A stretch of DNA of 32,000 nt from Synechococcus sp. A15-28. GTDB lineage: Bacteria > Cyanobacteriota > Cyanobacteriia > PCC-6307 > Cyanobiaceae. Shown here in pieces: positions 9,959 through 18,993 of the stretch (positions within the stretch are counted from its first letter, which is position 1; the number at the start of each line of letters is the position of its first letter). The DNA is taken from NCBI RefSeq assembly GCF_014280175.1, contig NZ_CP047931.1:1950001-1982000 (forward strand). Direction: 5' to 3'. A program made the position numbers and the translations under genes. The notes below the pieces were generated by a model. It was not told the origin of the DNA, ran no database searches, and worked only from the letters and a program-made list of their open reading frames with translations.

Positions 9959-12148
9959 TTGAGTCAGGACCTCTTCGCTTATCAGGGTGAACAGCGGCGT
10001 CGGCAGCAGGCTCCCCTGGCCGACCGCATGCGTCCACGCACCCTGGAGGAATTTGAAGGCCAACAGGGAATCCTGGCCCAGGGGCGTCTCCTCCGGCGTG
10101 CCATCAAAGCCGACCGCGTCGGCAATCTGATCCTGCATGGACCTCCCGGTGTCGGCAAAACGACCCTCGCCCGAATCGTGGCGAACCACACGCGGGCTCA
10201 CTTCAGCAGCCTCAATGCAGTGCTCGCCGGGGTGAAGGATCTACGCGCGGAGGTGGACGCCGCCAAGCTTCGCCTCGAACGCCACGGCCTGCGCTCGATC
10301 CTGTTCATCGACGAGGTGCACCGCTTCAACAGTGCACAGCAGGATGCGCTGTTGCCCTGGGTCGAGAACGGGACGGTGACCCTGATCGGCGCCACCACGG
10401 AAAACCCTTATTTCGAAGTCAACAAAGCGCTGGTCAGCCGCTCGCGCCTGTTCCGGCTGCTGCCACTGGAACCGGACGACCTACACCAGCTGCTGCGGCG
10501 GACCCTCAACGATGAGGAACGGGGGTACGGAACGCGCCAGGTGATCCTGGCGCCCGAGGCAGCGGAGCATCTGGTGGATGTGGCAGGCGGCGATGCCCGC
10601 AGCCTGCTCAATGCCCTGGAACTGGCGGTGGAGAGCTCGGAGCCGGAGCCCGATGGGGTGATTCGGATCGACCTGGCGATCGCTGAGGAATCGATTCAGC
10701 AACGGGCCGTGCTCTACGACAAGCAGGGAGACGCCCACTACGACACCATCAGCGCCTTCATCAAATCCCTGCGGGGATCCGATGCCGATGCCGCCCTGTT
10801 CTGGCTGGCGCGGATGGTGGAGGCCGGAGAAAATCCGCGCTACATCTTCCGGCGCATGTTGATCGCGGCGGGGGAGGACATCGGCCTGGCCGATCCCCAA
10901 GCCATCGTGGTTGTAGAGGCCTGCGCCGCGGCCTTCGAGCGAGTCGGCCTGCCGGAAGGCCTTTATCCGCTGGCCCAGGCCGCCCTTTATCTGGCCGGAA
11001 CCGAGAAAAGCAACAGCGTGCTGGGCTTCTTTGACGCCCTCAGGAGTGTGCGAGAGGCGAACCGGCAGGACGTGCCCAGCCACCTGCGGGATGCCAACCG
11101 CGATGGCGATGCCTTCGGCGATGGCGTCGGCTACCGCTATCCCCATGCCTACGCGGAGCACTGGGTCGAACAGCAATACCTCCCCACAGCGCTGCAGGGG
11201 GAGGTGTTCTGGCAACCGGGCCAGTTGGGCTGGGAAGGGGAACGCCGGGAGCGCATGGCCGAGCGCCGTGCGGCACAACTGGCCGCAGCCGCGGAACTGG
11301 CGACAGAGCAGCCGCTGATGCTGAGCAGTGGCCCCGACAGCCCAGCGATGGAACGCTGGATTCAGCGGCAGCTGGGGCAGGAGGGTGAACGCCTTCACCT
11401 GCTGCGACAACGGCTCTGGGCTGATGTGGAATGGCAGCGCCAGGACCGCGTCCTGCTGCTGGGCTGCCATTCCCTGCTCTGGGCACTGGATCCACTTCGC
11501 CGAGTGCCGGAAGGAGGCGTCACCCTGATCTGTCCAAGCCCCGACGATCTCCAGCGACTGGCGGCACAGATCGACCTGCTGGAACCGGAGCGGCAGCCAC
11601 AGCTGCTGGATGGGCTTGAAGCGCTGCCATCCGATCAGGTCTTCGATTGGATCGGCGGGCGCCTGAGCACAGCTGATCTTCCGGAGATGAACTGGACCGA
11701 ACTGGCTCAGTTTCTGACGGGCCATGCCGACAGGAACGCCAGGCTGCGCCTGCTGATCAGCTGCGCCGTGCAAGGCCCGGCAGGGGCCCTCACCGCAGCT
11801 TCACAAGTTGCCGCAACGTCGCTGTCACCGCTGGTGGAGCAGGAGCAACATTGGCTGCAACAACTGCAAATCCAAATGCAGCCGCTGGAGGAGCAAGGTT
11901 GGAGCCTGAACACCGAACAATGGGACGAGGTTCTGACGTTGCCTGGGGGACAGTCCCTGGCGGAGCGATGGCTGGCCAAAGACTCTGCGTACCGCCGCAT
12001 GCTCGGCAGCATCAAACATGAACCACTGCAGCTGCTGCGAACAACCCTGGAGGGACTTGGATCGGAGGGACTGCGGCTGCAGATGCGGCATCAATTAATT
12101 ACAGGAAAGCAAGTCCAGGAAAAGAGCGTCGAACAGCAGATCCTATAA
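9959..12148 (+). CDS. rarA: RarA/MgsA-type AAA+ ATPase with a long extra C-terminal region
   Basis: [37 protein letters not shown] (Walker A), [11 protein letters not shown] (Walker B), [13 protein letters not shown]; about 300 aa follow the usual RarA C-terminus. ORF track start is 9890; the in-frame TTG at 9959 ([10 protein letters not shown]) looks more plausible. Confidence 0.92.
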   Translation: MSQDLFAYQGEQRRRQQAPLADRMRPRTLEEFEGQQGILAQGRLLRRAIKADRVGNLILHGPPGVGKTTLARIVANHTRAHFSSLNAVLAGVKDLRAEVDAAKLRLERHGLRSILFIDEVHRFNSAQQDALLPWVENGTVTLIGATTENPYFEVNKALVSRSRLFRLLPLEPDDLHQLLRRTLNDEERGYGTRQVILAPEAAEHLVDVAGGDARSLLNALELAVESSEPEPDGVIRIDLAIAEESIQQRAVLYDKQGDAHYDTISAFIKSLRGSDADAALFWLARMVEAGENPRYIFRRMLIAAGEDIGLADPQAIVVVEACAAAFERVGLPEGLYPLAQAALYLAGTEKSNSVLGFFDALRSVREANRQDVPSHLRDANRDGDAFGDGVGYRYPHAYAEHWVEQQYLPTALQGEVFWQPGQLGWEGERRERMAERRAAQLAAAAELATEQPLMLSSGPDSPAMERWIQRQLGQEGERLHLLRQRLWADVEWQRQDRVLLLGCHSLLWALDPLRRVPEGGVTLICPSPDDLQRLAAQIDLLEPERQPQLLDGLEALPSDQVFDWIGGRLSTADLPEMNWTELAQFLTGHADRNARLRLLISCAVQGPAGALTAASQVAATSLSPLVEQEQHWLQQLQIQMQPLEEQGWSLNTEQWDEVLTLPGGQSLAERWLAKDSAYRRMLGSIKHEPLQLLRTTLEGLGSEGLRLQMRHQLITGKQVQEKSVEQQIL

Positions 12149-12222
12149 AGACACAGGGTCTTATTTCTCTTAATCATATAGACAACAAAATTCAGATAGC
12201 GCCCTCGAAATCCCGCAGATTA

Positions 12223-12831
12223 CTAATACAAAGCCGCATCTCTTGCGATACAAGCAGGCAAGAACAAATACCAGTTCAACAAGGAAGAAGCCTGCCGTTT
12301 ATCAACCTTTTCAGGGGCGCAAATCACCAACCCACCACCATCTAAAGAACCTTCGCTAGACAAACGGAAGTCAACAGGAAGATTGCTTATAATTCCAACC
12401 GATGAAAGATTGCCGCCAATCGAAGCCTTAATTATAGCCGAACGCAAAGCTGGAATTGCAGAAATTCGCGTCCCATTACGAGGATAATAGGCAGAGGTCT
12501 GAAGCGAAAGAAAATTAATTCCCTCTCGACTATTTAAAAATCTAGCGACTCTTGCCACATCTACATTATATACCTTTCTCATTCCAAGACGAACCTCATC
12601 CGCTGTCCATCCAGAGTCTCTTATGCTTGCAAAAAGCGAGCGGTCATTGATGCTGCCTGTCTCCAAAAAACTCAGAAGAGCAGGCAAATTACCAACCCAA
12701 GCCGCACTCCCCGCATCCCAGCCAAAAAGATTATTTGCAAAAGCTCCAGGCGCAGCCATCAATGCCATAGACGCACAAACAGCAAGACCAGCAACAGCAC
12801 GATTGAACACAGACTGCAAATAAAGCATCAA
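12223..12831 (-). CDS. Predicted secreted standalone DUF1400-like protein
   Basis: 202 aa; signal peptide (VAGLAVCASMALMAAPGAFA) followed by a pattern like the N-terminal domain found before cyanobacterial alpha/beta hydrolases (VARVARFLNSREGINFLS...ISAIPALRSAIIKAS...VGIISNLPVDFRL). No hydrolase domain follows. Locally AT-rich. Confidence 0.6.
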   Translation of the reverse strand: MMLYLQSVFNRAVAGLAVCASMALMAAPGAFANNLFGWDAGSAAWVGNLPALLSFLETGSINDRSLFASIRDSGWTADEVRLGMRKVYNVDVARVARFLNSREGINFLSLQTSAYYPRNGTRISAIPALRSAIIKASIGGNLSSVGIISNLPVDFRLSSEGSLDGGGLVICAPEKVDKRQASSLLNWYLFLPACIARDAALY

Positions 12832-12990
12832 TCAATTTACATAATAGTCTCAAAGACGAAAACCGTCCATAAACCCAACCAGCCTGTAATTATTCAGCCG
12901 TTGTTTAGCAAAATAATTGATTAACACAACTTTAGGCACAAGCATCTCCATCGATTGGGGATGAGCATGAATGGATTTCGTTCATTCACG

Positions 12991-13497
12991 CTACTGAACA
13001 TCGAGCAATGTCCATCCCTTAGGACATCCTGTCTGCCTTCGACTGCCGATCTGATCTTTGCGGCCGCGGCAGGACCAACTGGTTAACTGTCCTCCCCGTC
13101 GTTCGATGCCCACCAGATAGGCCTCCGAGCCGCGTCGAGGCAGAACCCGAAGGGTGGTCGTCAACAGATCTCGATCCACGCGGGTGTCCAGGCGCCGCGG
13201 AACCGTCAGCCCAAGATCAGCCAGCGACGGCGAAAAACCTCCCCAGTAATGACGCGCCATCTGGCCACGGATGAACTCTTGAAGCAACGTTTGAGCCTCA
13301 CGCCGCTGATCGAGTTCGATTTCCCGCTCGGCCAACTGTTCTGACAAGCGGGTGCGTGACACCCCTTCGGTGCTCTGACGGCCCGGTGCCATGGGAGCCC
13401 GCGGATCAGACGTCAATCCCAACGCTCCGATGACCAGCAACGGTGTGGCTGCCATCAGGGTCACCAACGAGTGGGTCCACGGCTGATGGGCCATCAA
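12991..13497 (-). CDS. Predicted exported/anchored protein, weakly reminiscent of type IV pilin-like G/H proteins
   Basis: 168 aa; N-terminal hydrophobic segment (LVTLMAATPLLVIGALGL), then YWGGFSPSLADLGLTVP...EAYLVGIERRGGQLTSWSC. Homology by eye only. Confidence 0.5.
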   Translation of the reverse strand: MMAHQPWTHSLVTLMAATPLLVIGALGLTSDPRAPMAPGRQSTEGVSRTRLSEQLAEREIELDQRREAQTLLQEFIRGQMARHYWGGFSPSLADLGLTVPRRLDTRVDRDLLTTTLRVLPRRGSEAYLVGIERRGGQLTSWSCRGRKDQIGSRRQTGCPKGWTLLDVQ

Positions 13498-13519
13498 AAC
13501 AGCCGAAACAAAAGAGATT

Positions 13520-14203
13520 TCAAGCTAGGCAGATCGGGCCAACCTGTCCTCTGACGCCGGCAACAGCCATCAGCCAGCCCTTCAGCTGCAATCGCAGCAC
13601 CGGCACAGGATCCACCAGCGCTGGATGCGACCCCTGGCAGGACGCAACGCCACAGCGCCAACGGCGCAGATCAACCGCCAGGCTCCCCCGTTGCATCTTG
13701 ATCAACGCTTCCTTGGCTACCCACTGCTTCAACACGGCCGAGCGCAGCGTTTCAGCAGGTAGATCGTCGAGCTCCCGTTGATCATCCGAGCAGTAAAAAC
13801 GCCGTGCCAAAGCCGCAGCGGGGAAACGACGGTCGCGGCATTCCAGATCCACCCCCACAACGTCGGGGGACCAGGCCACGAACACCGCATCACGGCAGTG
13901 ACTGAGACTCACGAAACCCCAGCCGTCAGCCAGGGTCGGTGGCTCGCCCGGTGGTGCCTGCAACGGCACCGTGGCTGGATCAACCCCAAAGCAGTCGGCG
14001 AGGCAGCGCCGCATCCACAGCCTGGAGCGCCGGAACTCAATGCCCCTGGCTGTGGCCATGCCATCCATCCAGGCCGCCTCTGCAGGAGAAAGCTCCACCT
14101 TGGAGGGCAGATCTTGATGGTGCTGGATCAGCCACAGGGCCGTTACGCTTCGACTCCCAACCAGCGATGGCTCCAGTGGCTCTCCAGATCGGTGATCCGG
14201 CAC
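13520..14203 (-). CDS. 4'-phosphopantetheinyl transferase (Sfp/HetI-like)
   Basis: WGFVSLSHCRDAVFVAW, VGVDLECRDRRF, LKQWVAKEALIKMQRG: canonical PPTase motifs. Confidence 0.88.
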   Translation of the reverse strand: MPDHRSGEPLEPSLVGSRSVTALWLIQHHQDLPSKVELSPAEAAWMDGMATARGIEFRRSRLWMRRCLADCFGVDPATVPLQAPPGEPPTLADGWGFVSLSHCRDAVFVAWSPDVVGVDLECRDRRFPAAALARRFYCSDDQRELDDLPAETLRSAVLKQWVAKEALIKMQRGSLAVDLRRWRCGVASCQGSHPALVDPVPVLRLQLKGWLMAVAGVRGQVGPICLA

Positions 14204-14643
14204 CCGATTTCACGCTCCCCAATCAGGACGGCGACCCGGTGCAGCTGGCGACGTTGCGAGGCCAGCGGGTCGTCATCTATTTCTATCCCAAGGACGACAC
14301 CCCGGGCTGCACCAAAGAGGCCTGCAACTTCCGGGATCGCTGGGATCGCTTTGAGCAGCACGGCATCAAGGTGCTGGGCATCAGCAAGGACAACGCCACC
14401 TCCCACACCAAATTCATCAGCAAGCACGAGCTTCCCTTCACGCTGCTGACCGATGTGGAGCCCTGTGCGGTCGCCAGCAGCTACGACAGTTACGGCCTGA
14501 AGAAGTTCATGGGTCGTGAGTACATGGGCATGATGCGCCACACCTTCGTGGTGGATGCCGACGGCAAGCTTGAAAAGATCTACTGGAAGGTCAAATCAGC
14601 CACCATGGCCGACGACATCCTCAGTGATCTGGAACTGGCTTGA
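14167..14643 (+). CDS. bcp: Thioredoxin-dependent thiol peroxidase (peroxiredoxin Q/BCP)
   Basis: The ORF track runs from 13939 but the Prx homology starts at the ATG at 14167: MAPVALQIGDPAPDFTLPNQDG...YFYPKDDTPGCTKEACNFRD. 158 aa. Confidence 0.93.
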   Translation: MAPVALQIGDPAPDFTLPNQDGDPVQLATLRGQRVVIYFYPKDDTPGCTKEACNFRDRWDRFEQHGIKVLGISKDNATSHTKFISKHELPFTLLTDVEPCAVASSYDSYGLKKFMGREYMGMMRHTFVVDADGKLEKIYWKVKSATMADDILSDLELA

Positions 14644-15319
14644 TCACCGGGATCAGTTCCACCATGGCCTGCAGCTGAAGCTGCTGATCCATCTGGACTG
14701 ATACATCCCGCTGGATCAGTGCCTGCTCCAGCCAGGGAGCGTCACCACCACAGAGCCAGAGGCACGCCCCACTGCGCTGCTGCGCATCCACAACGGCAGC
14801 CACCAATCCCTCCATCACCCCTTGGCCCATCGCCTCTGAGGTGCCCATCGGGAACGGATCATCAATTTGCTGTTGTCCGGTCAATGCAGGCAGCAGGGCT
14901 GTCCCCGATGCCATCGCCTGCAACTGCAGACGCAATCCAGGCATCAAACGGCCTCCGCGGAAGCGGCCATCGCCATCGAGCAGGGTCAGGCTGAGAACAG
15001 TGCCGGCATCGGCCAGCAACAGACCCTGATCGAGATCACCACCTTGGGATTGTTGACGTCTCCAGGCAGCCCAGGCCCCGAGGGCCCGATCGACACCAAG
15101 CCAGGGCGGGCAGCCTTGCAGGGGAACATCGTTCAGTTGGAGTCGGGAATCCTGGGCGCTCTCCAGAGCTGCCGGGACCTCTCCCACAGCGGCCCAGACC
15201 AGGTTGGCCGTGTCGATCCGCTGCGGATCGGGCTCGTCATGCTGAAAACACCAACGGTCCTCATGCCGATGGGCCCAGTGCCAGCGGCTGTTGCCGATCA
15301 GCAGGGCGCAGGTCGCCAT
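14621..15319 (-). CDS. coaX: Type III pantothenate kinase
   Basis: MATCALLIGNSRWHWA, PPWLGVDRALGAWAA, LLLADAGTVLSLTLLDGDGRFRGGRLMPGL, LCGGDAPWL. The track start at 15382 is probably too long; the ATG at 15319 begins the conserved sequence. Confidence 0.88.
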   Translation of the reverse strand: MATCALLIGNSRWHWAHRHEDRWCFQHDEPDPQRIDTANLVWAAVGEVPAALESAQDSRLQLNDVPLQGCPPWLGVDRALGAWAAWRRQQSQGGDLDQGLLLADAGTVLSLTLLDGDGRFRGGRLMPGLRLQLQAMASGTALLPALTGQQQIDDPFPMGTSEAMGQGVMEGLVAAVVDAQQRSGACLWLCGGDAPWLEQALIQRDVSVQMDQQLQLQAMVELIPVIKPVPDH

Positions 15320-15324
15320 CCGGC

Positions 15325-16101
15325 CTAGATCCCATCCCCCATCAACCCTTCCACGGCCTCCTGAGGCACGTGGATGCCGCACTCCTGTTTGAGCCCTCCG
15401 AAGCGCGTGTTTCGACCGCTCAGGTCAGCGCCATCTGGAGCACTGGAATGCCAATCCCCCACGGTGGAATACCCCTGCTCGAACAACGGATGCTGGGGGA
15501 GATTGTTGTCCCGCATGTAGTAGTAGATGTCCTTCTGAGTCCAATCCAACAGCGGACGCAGCGAGAGCCGCTCTCGGATCGGATCCAGCAGGCTCATTGA
15601 GCGGCGATGATCGGTCTGGCCGCGTCGCACACCACTGGCCCAGCAGCTCACCTCCAGTTGCTCCATGGCCCGATCCAGGGGCTCCACCTTGCGGATCTGG
15701 TGATACGTCTCAAGGTCATCGAGCTTTCCGGTGTCCCAGAGGCGGCCATGCAGGGCCTCCATCCGGGCCGGAGACATTGCGCTTTGAGCCACCACAAGAC
15801 GAATCTGGAGCAACTCCGTGAGCTGGGCGCAGTAGCGGTAGGTCTCCTCCGGGAGGTAGCCGGTGTCCACCCAGACCACAGGGATCACGTCACCATCCGG
15901 CAGCTGACTCAGCATGTGCAGCAGCACGGCTGACTGAATGCCGAAGCTGGTGGTGAGAGCAAATCCGGATCCGAAGCGCTGGTGTGCCCAGGCGAGTCGC
16001 TCCTGAGGACTCAACGGCTCCAGGCCGCTGCGGTCCGCATCGAGATTGTCTCGAACCAACACGCCCGTCATGCCGCGGACCCCATCCATCACCGCTCCCA
16101 T
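15325..16101 (-). CDS. cysH: Phosphoadenylylsulfate (PAPS/APS) reductase
   Basis: LTTSFGIQSAVLLHM, VIPVVWVDTGYLPEETYRY, GVRRGQTDHRRSM, C-terminal GLKQECGIH catalytic Cys. Confidence 0.94.
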   Translation of the reverse strand: MGAVMDGVRGMTGVLVRDNLDADRSGLEPLSPQERLAWAHQRFGSGFALTTSFGIQSAVLLHMLSQLPDGDVIPVVWVDTGYLPEETYRYCAQLTELLQIRLVVAQSAMSPARMEALHGRLWDTGKLDDLETYHQIRKVEPLDRAMEQLEVSCWASGVRRGQTDHRRSMSLLDPIRERLSLRPLLDWTQKDIYYYMRDNNLPQHPLFEQGYSTVGDWHSSAPDGADLSGRNTRFGGLKQECGIHVPQEAVEGLMGDGI

Positions 16102-16159
16102 CTTCCCCTGTCGCCCTGTGGGACGGGCTGCCTAAGGTTTCATCAACACCGGACGTTCC

Positions 16160-17308
16160 ATGGCAACACCTCTGTCATCACCTGAAACCGTGGTGGTGGT
16201 TGGAGGAGGTTTCGCCGGCCTGTTCAGTGCCTTGGCCGTGCATGAACGCTTGCCGGAGCGACCGGTGGTGTTGATCGAGCCTCGTGACCGTTTCCTGTTC
16301 CAGCCTCTTCTCTACGAACTGTTGAGTGGTGAACTGCAGAGCTGGGAAGTGGCACCCGCCTATCGCCAGCTGCTCAGCAGTCGCGGCATCTGCTGGCTGC
16401 AGGACCGCGTCAGCGGGATCGATCTGGACGCCAGGCAACTCACCACCGTTGCCTCAGGGTCTCTCCCATGGGGTGATCTGGTGCTGGCCACCGGCACTGA
16501 GCTGAATGATTTCGGGGTTCCCGGTGTCCGCGAACATGCCAGCGGCTTCCGCGATCTCGACGATGTGGCCCATCTGCGCGCCCTTGTCGACGACCTGAAG
16601 AAACGCAGGACGCCGGAGACCACCGTGGCGATTGTCGGAGCGGGGCCAACGGGAGTGGAGCTGGCCTGCAAGCTGGCGGACATGCTGGATGGAGCAGCCC
16701 GGATCCATCTGGTGGAAAGGGGCGACGGGATCCTGCCCAACAGTGCCTCCTTCAACCGTGAGCGAGCTGCCGCCGCTCTGGAGCGGCGGGAGGTCTGCCT
16801 GCACCTCAACACAGCGGTCACGGAAGTCCATGCTGATCGCGTCTGCTTCAAGGACGGCACATCCCTGCCCCACAGCGGGCTGATCTGGAGTGCCGGCAGC
16901 AGCCCCACCCTGCCGGACATCCACCCGAACCCCGCAGGCGCCAGAGCCCCCCTCAACATCAGCGAGGACCTGAGACTTCTGGACCACCCCCACGTCTTCG
17001 TCCCTGGGGACTGTGGACGTTGCAGCGCCAATCCCTGGCCCGCTACCGCCCAGGTCGCCATGCAGCAGGGTGACGCTGTCGCCAAGGCCCTGCAGGCCAT
17101 GGATCACACCCAGGAGCCGGAACCCTTTCAGTTCCAGGATCGCGGCGAGATGCTCAGCCTGGGCATCGGCGACGCCACGCTCACCGGCCTGGGGATCACC
17201 CTGGCCGGCCCCCTGGCCTTCAAGATCCGACGGGCCACCTATCTCACCCGGTTGCCAGGGCTGTCCCTCGGGCTGCGTTCCGCCGGTGCCTGGCTGATGA
17301 GCCGTTGA
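16160..17308 (+). CDS. Type II NAD(P)H dehydrogenase/FAD-dependent oxidoreductase
   Basis: VVVVGGGFAGLFSALAV (FAD-binding), FLFQPLLYELLSGEL, TVAIVGAGPTGVELACKLADM (NADH-binding), HVFVPGDCGRC. Confidence 0.9.
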   Translation: MATPLSSPETVVVVGGGFAGLFSALAVHERLPERPVVLIEPRDRFLFQPLLYELLSGELQSWEVAPAYRQLLSSRGICWLQDRVSGIDLDARQLTTVASGSLPWGDLVLATGTELNDFGVPGVREHASGFRDLDDVAHLRALVDDLKKRRTPETTVAIVGAGPTGVELACKLADMLDGAARIHLVERGDGILPNSASFNRERAAAALERREVCLHLNTAVTEVHADRVCFKDGTSLPHSGLIWSAGSSPTLPDIHPNPAGARAPLNISEDLRLLDHPHVFVPGDCGRCSANPWPATAQVAMQQGDAVAKALQAMDHTQEPEPFQFQDRGEMLSLGIGDATLTGLGITLAGPLAFKIRRATYLTRLPGLSLGLRSAGAWLMSR

Positions 17309-18993
17309 AGCAGGCCCATCTCGGCGGCCGAATCCGCGGTCTTCGGCCCGGACAGCATCGGCAGCTCGACCGCCTCAGCCATCGTCGCCATCCCGAAGGC
17401 AGTGGTGCTGATCTGCTGACCCTGGAGAGGATGGCCGCACTGGTGCAGGAGCTTGAGCTGTCCATGCATCTCGTGCTGGACGGTCGTGGGCTCTGCCGAT
17501 TGCTCTGGCTGGGGCCCCTGCAAGGGTCCGAGGCGCTTCGCCAGCACCTGCCCCAGGCACCAAGGCGACGGGGTGGCGGCTGGCGGCTGCTGAGCTGCCC
17601 CTTCAGCCGCCATGGCCTGCATCAGGACAGGGCAGAGGCGGTGGTCGCCCTGGATCTGAATCCGATCAGCTGGTTGCGCTTTGCCCCGGTTCCGGGCCGC
17701 GATGGACTGCGCAGCGCCGAACTGTTGCTGCCCGACCGCGAGGAATCCCATGGCTGGCGTCAGCTGGACCAGGGGGATTTGCGTGATCTCAGCCAGCAGG
17801 ATCTGAGCCCTGGTGCGATCACAACAGCGGAGGCGCCCCCTCCCGTCTCCGCTCCAGCAATCGAAGCCGTCCTGCTGCTGACCCTCACCAGCGGGGATGC
17901 GGACCGCAGCGAACGGGAACTGGCAGAACTGGAGGGACTGGTGCGCAGCGCTGGAGCCCAACCGGTGGCGGTGGTGTCGCAGCGTGCCGGCAGCGCCAAT
18001 CCACAGACCCTCTGGGGCACCGGAAAACTGCAGGAGGCCGCCCTGGAAGTGCGCCGCCGCGGCGCCTCACTGGTCGTCACGGATCGTGAGCTCACGCCCG
18101 TTCAGGCCAGGAATCTTGAACGGCTGCTGGTCTGTCCGGTCTCCGACCGCAGTGAGCTCATCCTCGACATCTTTGCCCAGCGGGCTGGCAGCGCCGCCGG
18201 TCGCTTGCAGGTGGAACTGGCTCAACTGCGCTATCGCCTGCCACGCCTGCTGGGGCGGGGGCGCAGCCTCTCGCGTCAGGGCGGCGGCATCGGCACCCGA
18301 GGGCCCGGTGAAACGCAGCTGGAGAAGGATCGCCGTGCCATCAGCCGCCGCATCGACCGCCTGCTTCGGGATCAGCAGCAACTGCAGCAACACCGCAGCC
18401 GACTGCGGGACCAACGCCGGGGACTGCCTCGGGTAGCCCTGGTGGGGTACACCAACGCCGGAAAATCGAGCCTGCTGAATGCTCTCTGCGGTCGCCGCGA
18501 AAGCGATCGAGTGCTGGCCGAGAACAAGCTCTTCGCCACCCTGGATCCCACAACCCGCCGACTGGAGCTGCCGCGGCCGGGGCAACGTCCGCACCAGCTG
18601 CTGATCACAGACACCGTTGGTTTCATCCGTGACCTGCCTCAGCCGCTGGTGGAAGCGTTCCGAGCCACGTTGGAGGAAGCCCTCGATGCCGATGTGCTGC
18701 TGGTGGTGGTGGATCTGGCGGATCCCGACTGGTGCGGGCAGCTCAGCACCGTCCATCGGCTGCTGGATTCCCTGGGCAGCACCGCGTTACGGCGTGTGGT
18801 GGCCAACCAGATCGACCGCTGCCCGCTGGAGTCCGTGGACATGATCCGGCGGCAGGACGCTCAAACACTGTTTTTATCCGCCAAGCGCGGAGACGGCCTG
18901 CGGGGTCTGCAGGACTGGCTGCGTGAGCAGTTCTTTGATCCCGGGGCAGAATCAGATCCAGATGCAGGGCCTGCGCCCGAATGGCCGAGCTGA
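17305..18993 (+). CDS. hflX: GTPase HflX
   Basis: 562 aa; HflX N-terminal GGRIRGLRPGQHRQLDRL, GRGRSLSRQGGGIGTRGPGETQLEKDRR, G1 VALVGYTNAGKSSLLNAL, G3 DTVGFIRDLP. Its ATG overlaps the previous stop by 4 nt (ATGA). Confidence 0.94.
   Translation: MKQAHLGGRIRGLRPGQHRQLDRLSHRRHPEGSGADLLTLERMAALVQELELSMHLVLDGRGLCRLLWLGPLQGSEALRQHLPQAPRRRGGGWRLLSCPFSRHGLHQDRAEAVVALDLNPISWLRFAPVPGRDGLRSAELLLPDREESHGWRQLDQGDLRDLSQQDLSPGAITTAEAPPPVSAPAIEAVLLLTLTSGDADRSERELAELEGLVRSAGAQPVAVVSQRAGSANPQTLWGTGKLQEAALEVRRRGASLVVTDRELTPVQARNLERLLVCPVSDRSELILDIFAQRAGSAAGRLQVELAQLRYRLPRLLGRGRSLSRQGGGIGTRGPGETQLEKDRRAISRRIDRLLRDQQQLQQHRSRLRDQRRGLPRVALVGYTNAGKSSLLNALCGRRESDRVLAENKLFATLDPTTRRLELPRPGQRPHQLLITDTVGFIRDLPQPLVEAFRATLEEALDADVLLVVVDLADPDWCGQLSTVHRLLDSLGSTALRRVVANQIDRCPLESVDMIRRQDAQTLFLSAKRGDGLRGLQDWLREQFFDPGAESDPDAGPAPEWPS

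Noticed and set aside
10481-11773. 430-aa minus ORF opposite rarA
   Set aside because: Antisense shadow ORF within the RarA coding region; Gln/His/Leu-rich composition and no recognisable motif.
12991-13026. Short inverted repeat TGTCC-ATCCCTTA-GGACA at the 3' end of the pilin-like gene
   Set aside because: Five-bp stem inside coding sequence, expected by chance; no operator or terminator context.
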